Shown here in pieces: positions 62,940 through 64,000 of a stretch of DNA of 64,000 bases. How positions within the stretch are numbered: the first letter of the stretch is position 1; each line of letters begins with the position of its first letter. The notes under the pieces are model-generated. The model did not search any database and had not been told where the DNA came from. It worked only from the letters and a program-made list of their open reading frames with translations. Source of the stretch: an uncultured Rivularia sp. (GTDB lineage: Bacteria; Cyanobacteriota; Cyanobacteriia; Cyanobacteriales; Nostocaceae); the NCBI GenBank assembly GCA_963665115.1, contig OY762007.1:8629926-8693925 (forward strand), read 5' to 3'. The translations under genes and the position numbers were made by a program.

Positions 62940-64000
62940 ATGTACACATTACTGCAAAACCTACTTATCGAAACCCTTGATGAAGATGAAGAATCAATTT
63001 TAAGGGAATTTATCAACGCTAATTTACCAGCCTTGGAAAGAGAATTTGCTTTAGTTCCGGCTCTTGGAGGTATTGAACAGAATTTTGCGAATAAAGCAGA
63101 CCAAAGTTTATTAGTTCACGTTCTTAATGGTTTGCTGGTTGCTTGGAATCTGAGCAAAATTTTAGCAGAACCTTTATCCGAAGTGGAACAACGCTTACTT
63201 TGTTTGGGTTTTACTCTCCACGATTATGATAAATATTTTCATCATCGTGGTAAAGATAGTCCGGAAGCACATCAAACTTCGGAAATCATCCAATTTTGTC
63301 AAGAACTTGCAATCAAACTTAACTTTCCCGAGTTTTGGCAAGATTGGGAAGATTACATTTTAGATATCTGCTATCTGGCTCAAAACACTCAAAAGAAGCG
63401 GGGAAGTAATCGTATTGCTTCGAGTTGGGAAAGTGACGAGATGGAATTGCAATTAGATAGCTTAGAACTCGATCGTTTATGTGAATTACTGACATTTGGT
63501 GATGTTGCAGTTCACATGAATAATCCAGCAGATATTGTCACTAAAACAGGTGGCGATCGCCTCGAAGATTGTTTGCGAAACTTAGGACTTGACGATAATA
63601 AATTAGTTTACCATCGATTGCGAGATTCTCGGGGATTGCTGACGAATCAAATTCATCATGCTGTTGTTAACTTTACTCAAAAACGAAATTGGCAACCAAT
63701 ACTTTATTTTGCTCAAGGAACGGTTTATTTAGCTCCCCAAGATTCCGAATCACCGAGTTTATCAGAAATTCAAGAATTCGTGTGGGAAAATATTATTCAA
63801 GGAGATGGGGAAAGCAATATTAGAGGATTAGAAGAACAGTTTCGTAATGGTGATATTGGTTTTATTCGCAGTGGTAAAGGTTTGAAAATTGCTCCTTTAA
63901 CCAGAGAATTATTTTCACCTGCTCAATTAATAGGTTTACTTCCAGATGTGTTTGTAGGAACTGTTAAAAATATTAAAAATCCTGCTACACCTAAAAGACT
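62940..64000 (+). CDS. cas10d: Type I-D Cas10d (Csc3) with N-terminal HD nuclease; truncated by the window end
   Basis: My translation: MYTLLQNLLIETL...DQSLLVHVLNG...LGFTLHDYDKY...YLAQNTQ...FGDVAVH...LVYHRLRDSRGLLTNQIH; follows cas3'. Confidence 0.9.
   Translation, partial: MYTLLQNLLIETLDEDEESILREFINANLPALEREFALVPALGGIEQNFANKADQSLLVHVLNGLLVAWNLSKILAEPLSEVEQRLLCLGFTLHDYDKYFHHRGKDSPEAHQTSEIIQFCQELAIKLNFPEFWQDWEDYILDICYLAQNTQKKRGSNRIASSWESDEMELQLDSLELDRLCELLTFGDVAVHMNNPADIVTKTGGDRLEDCLRNLGLDDNKLVYHRLRDSRGLLTNQIHHAVVNFTQKRNWQPILYFAQGTVYLAPQDSESPSLSEIQEFVWENIIQGDGESNIRGLEEQFRNGDIGFIRSGKGLKIAPLTRELFSPAQLIGLLPDVFVGTVKNIKNPATPKR

Noticed and set aside
1..64000. tRNA, rRNA, retron, DGR or prophage genes
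   Set aside because: No such RNA structures, reverse transcriptase, integrase or phage structural genes were recognised.

Overview
AT-rich cyanobacterial DNA, probably from a filamentous Nostocales-type strain (many HIP1 GCGATCGC sites, 7-bp STRR tracts, MITEs). From left to right: (i) a 2.8-kb block of gene relics (5'-truncated cysC, scrambled GDSL-lipase pieces, and two divergent dead phoD-like starts that share a duplicated ~300-bp leader); (ii) a compact biosynthetic operon I do not recognise (small protein, formyltransferase fused to a PLP-fold domain, NPP-type methyltransferase, YggS/PipY, cupin, Na+/solute symporter, stand-alone NRPS A-PCP, 1-Cys peroxiredoxin); (iii) a cell-surface and signalling island with three filamentous-haemagglutinin (TpsA)-like genes, a Calx-like/RTX repeat protein, an EgtD-like methyltransferase, a PEP-CTERM GDSL lipase, two HTH-AAA_35 proteins, an AAA_35-CHASE2 membrane protein, PhoD and DUF928; (iv) flavodoxin, an IsiC-like gene and atx1-pacS behind a MerR-type promoter; (v) a type I-D CRISPR locus with two arrays (22 and 28 repeats), each with its own copy of the leader, separated by a RelE/HigB-XRE toxin-antitoxin pair and followed by cas3' and the start of cas10d. 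The most notable unexplained signal is a phased 9-bp direct repeat (AAAAGTA[A/G]G)x2-4 in several promoter regions of blocks i and iii, including upstream of the HTH-AAA_35/AAA_35-CHASE2 operon. This suggests an undescribed regulon. Seven genes are split by single +1 frameshifts, mostly in homopolymers, which are probably assembly errors. All family calls come from motif recognition, not database searches, and repeat counts were done by hand.
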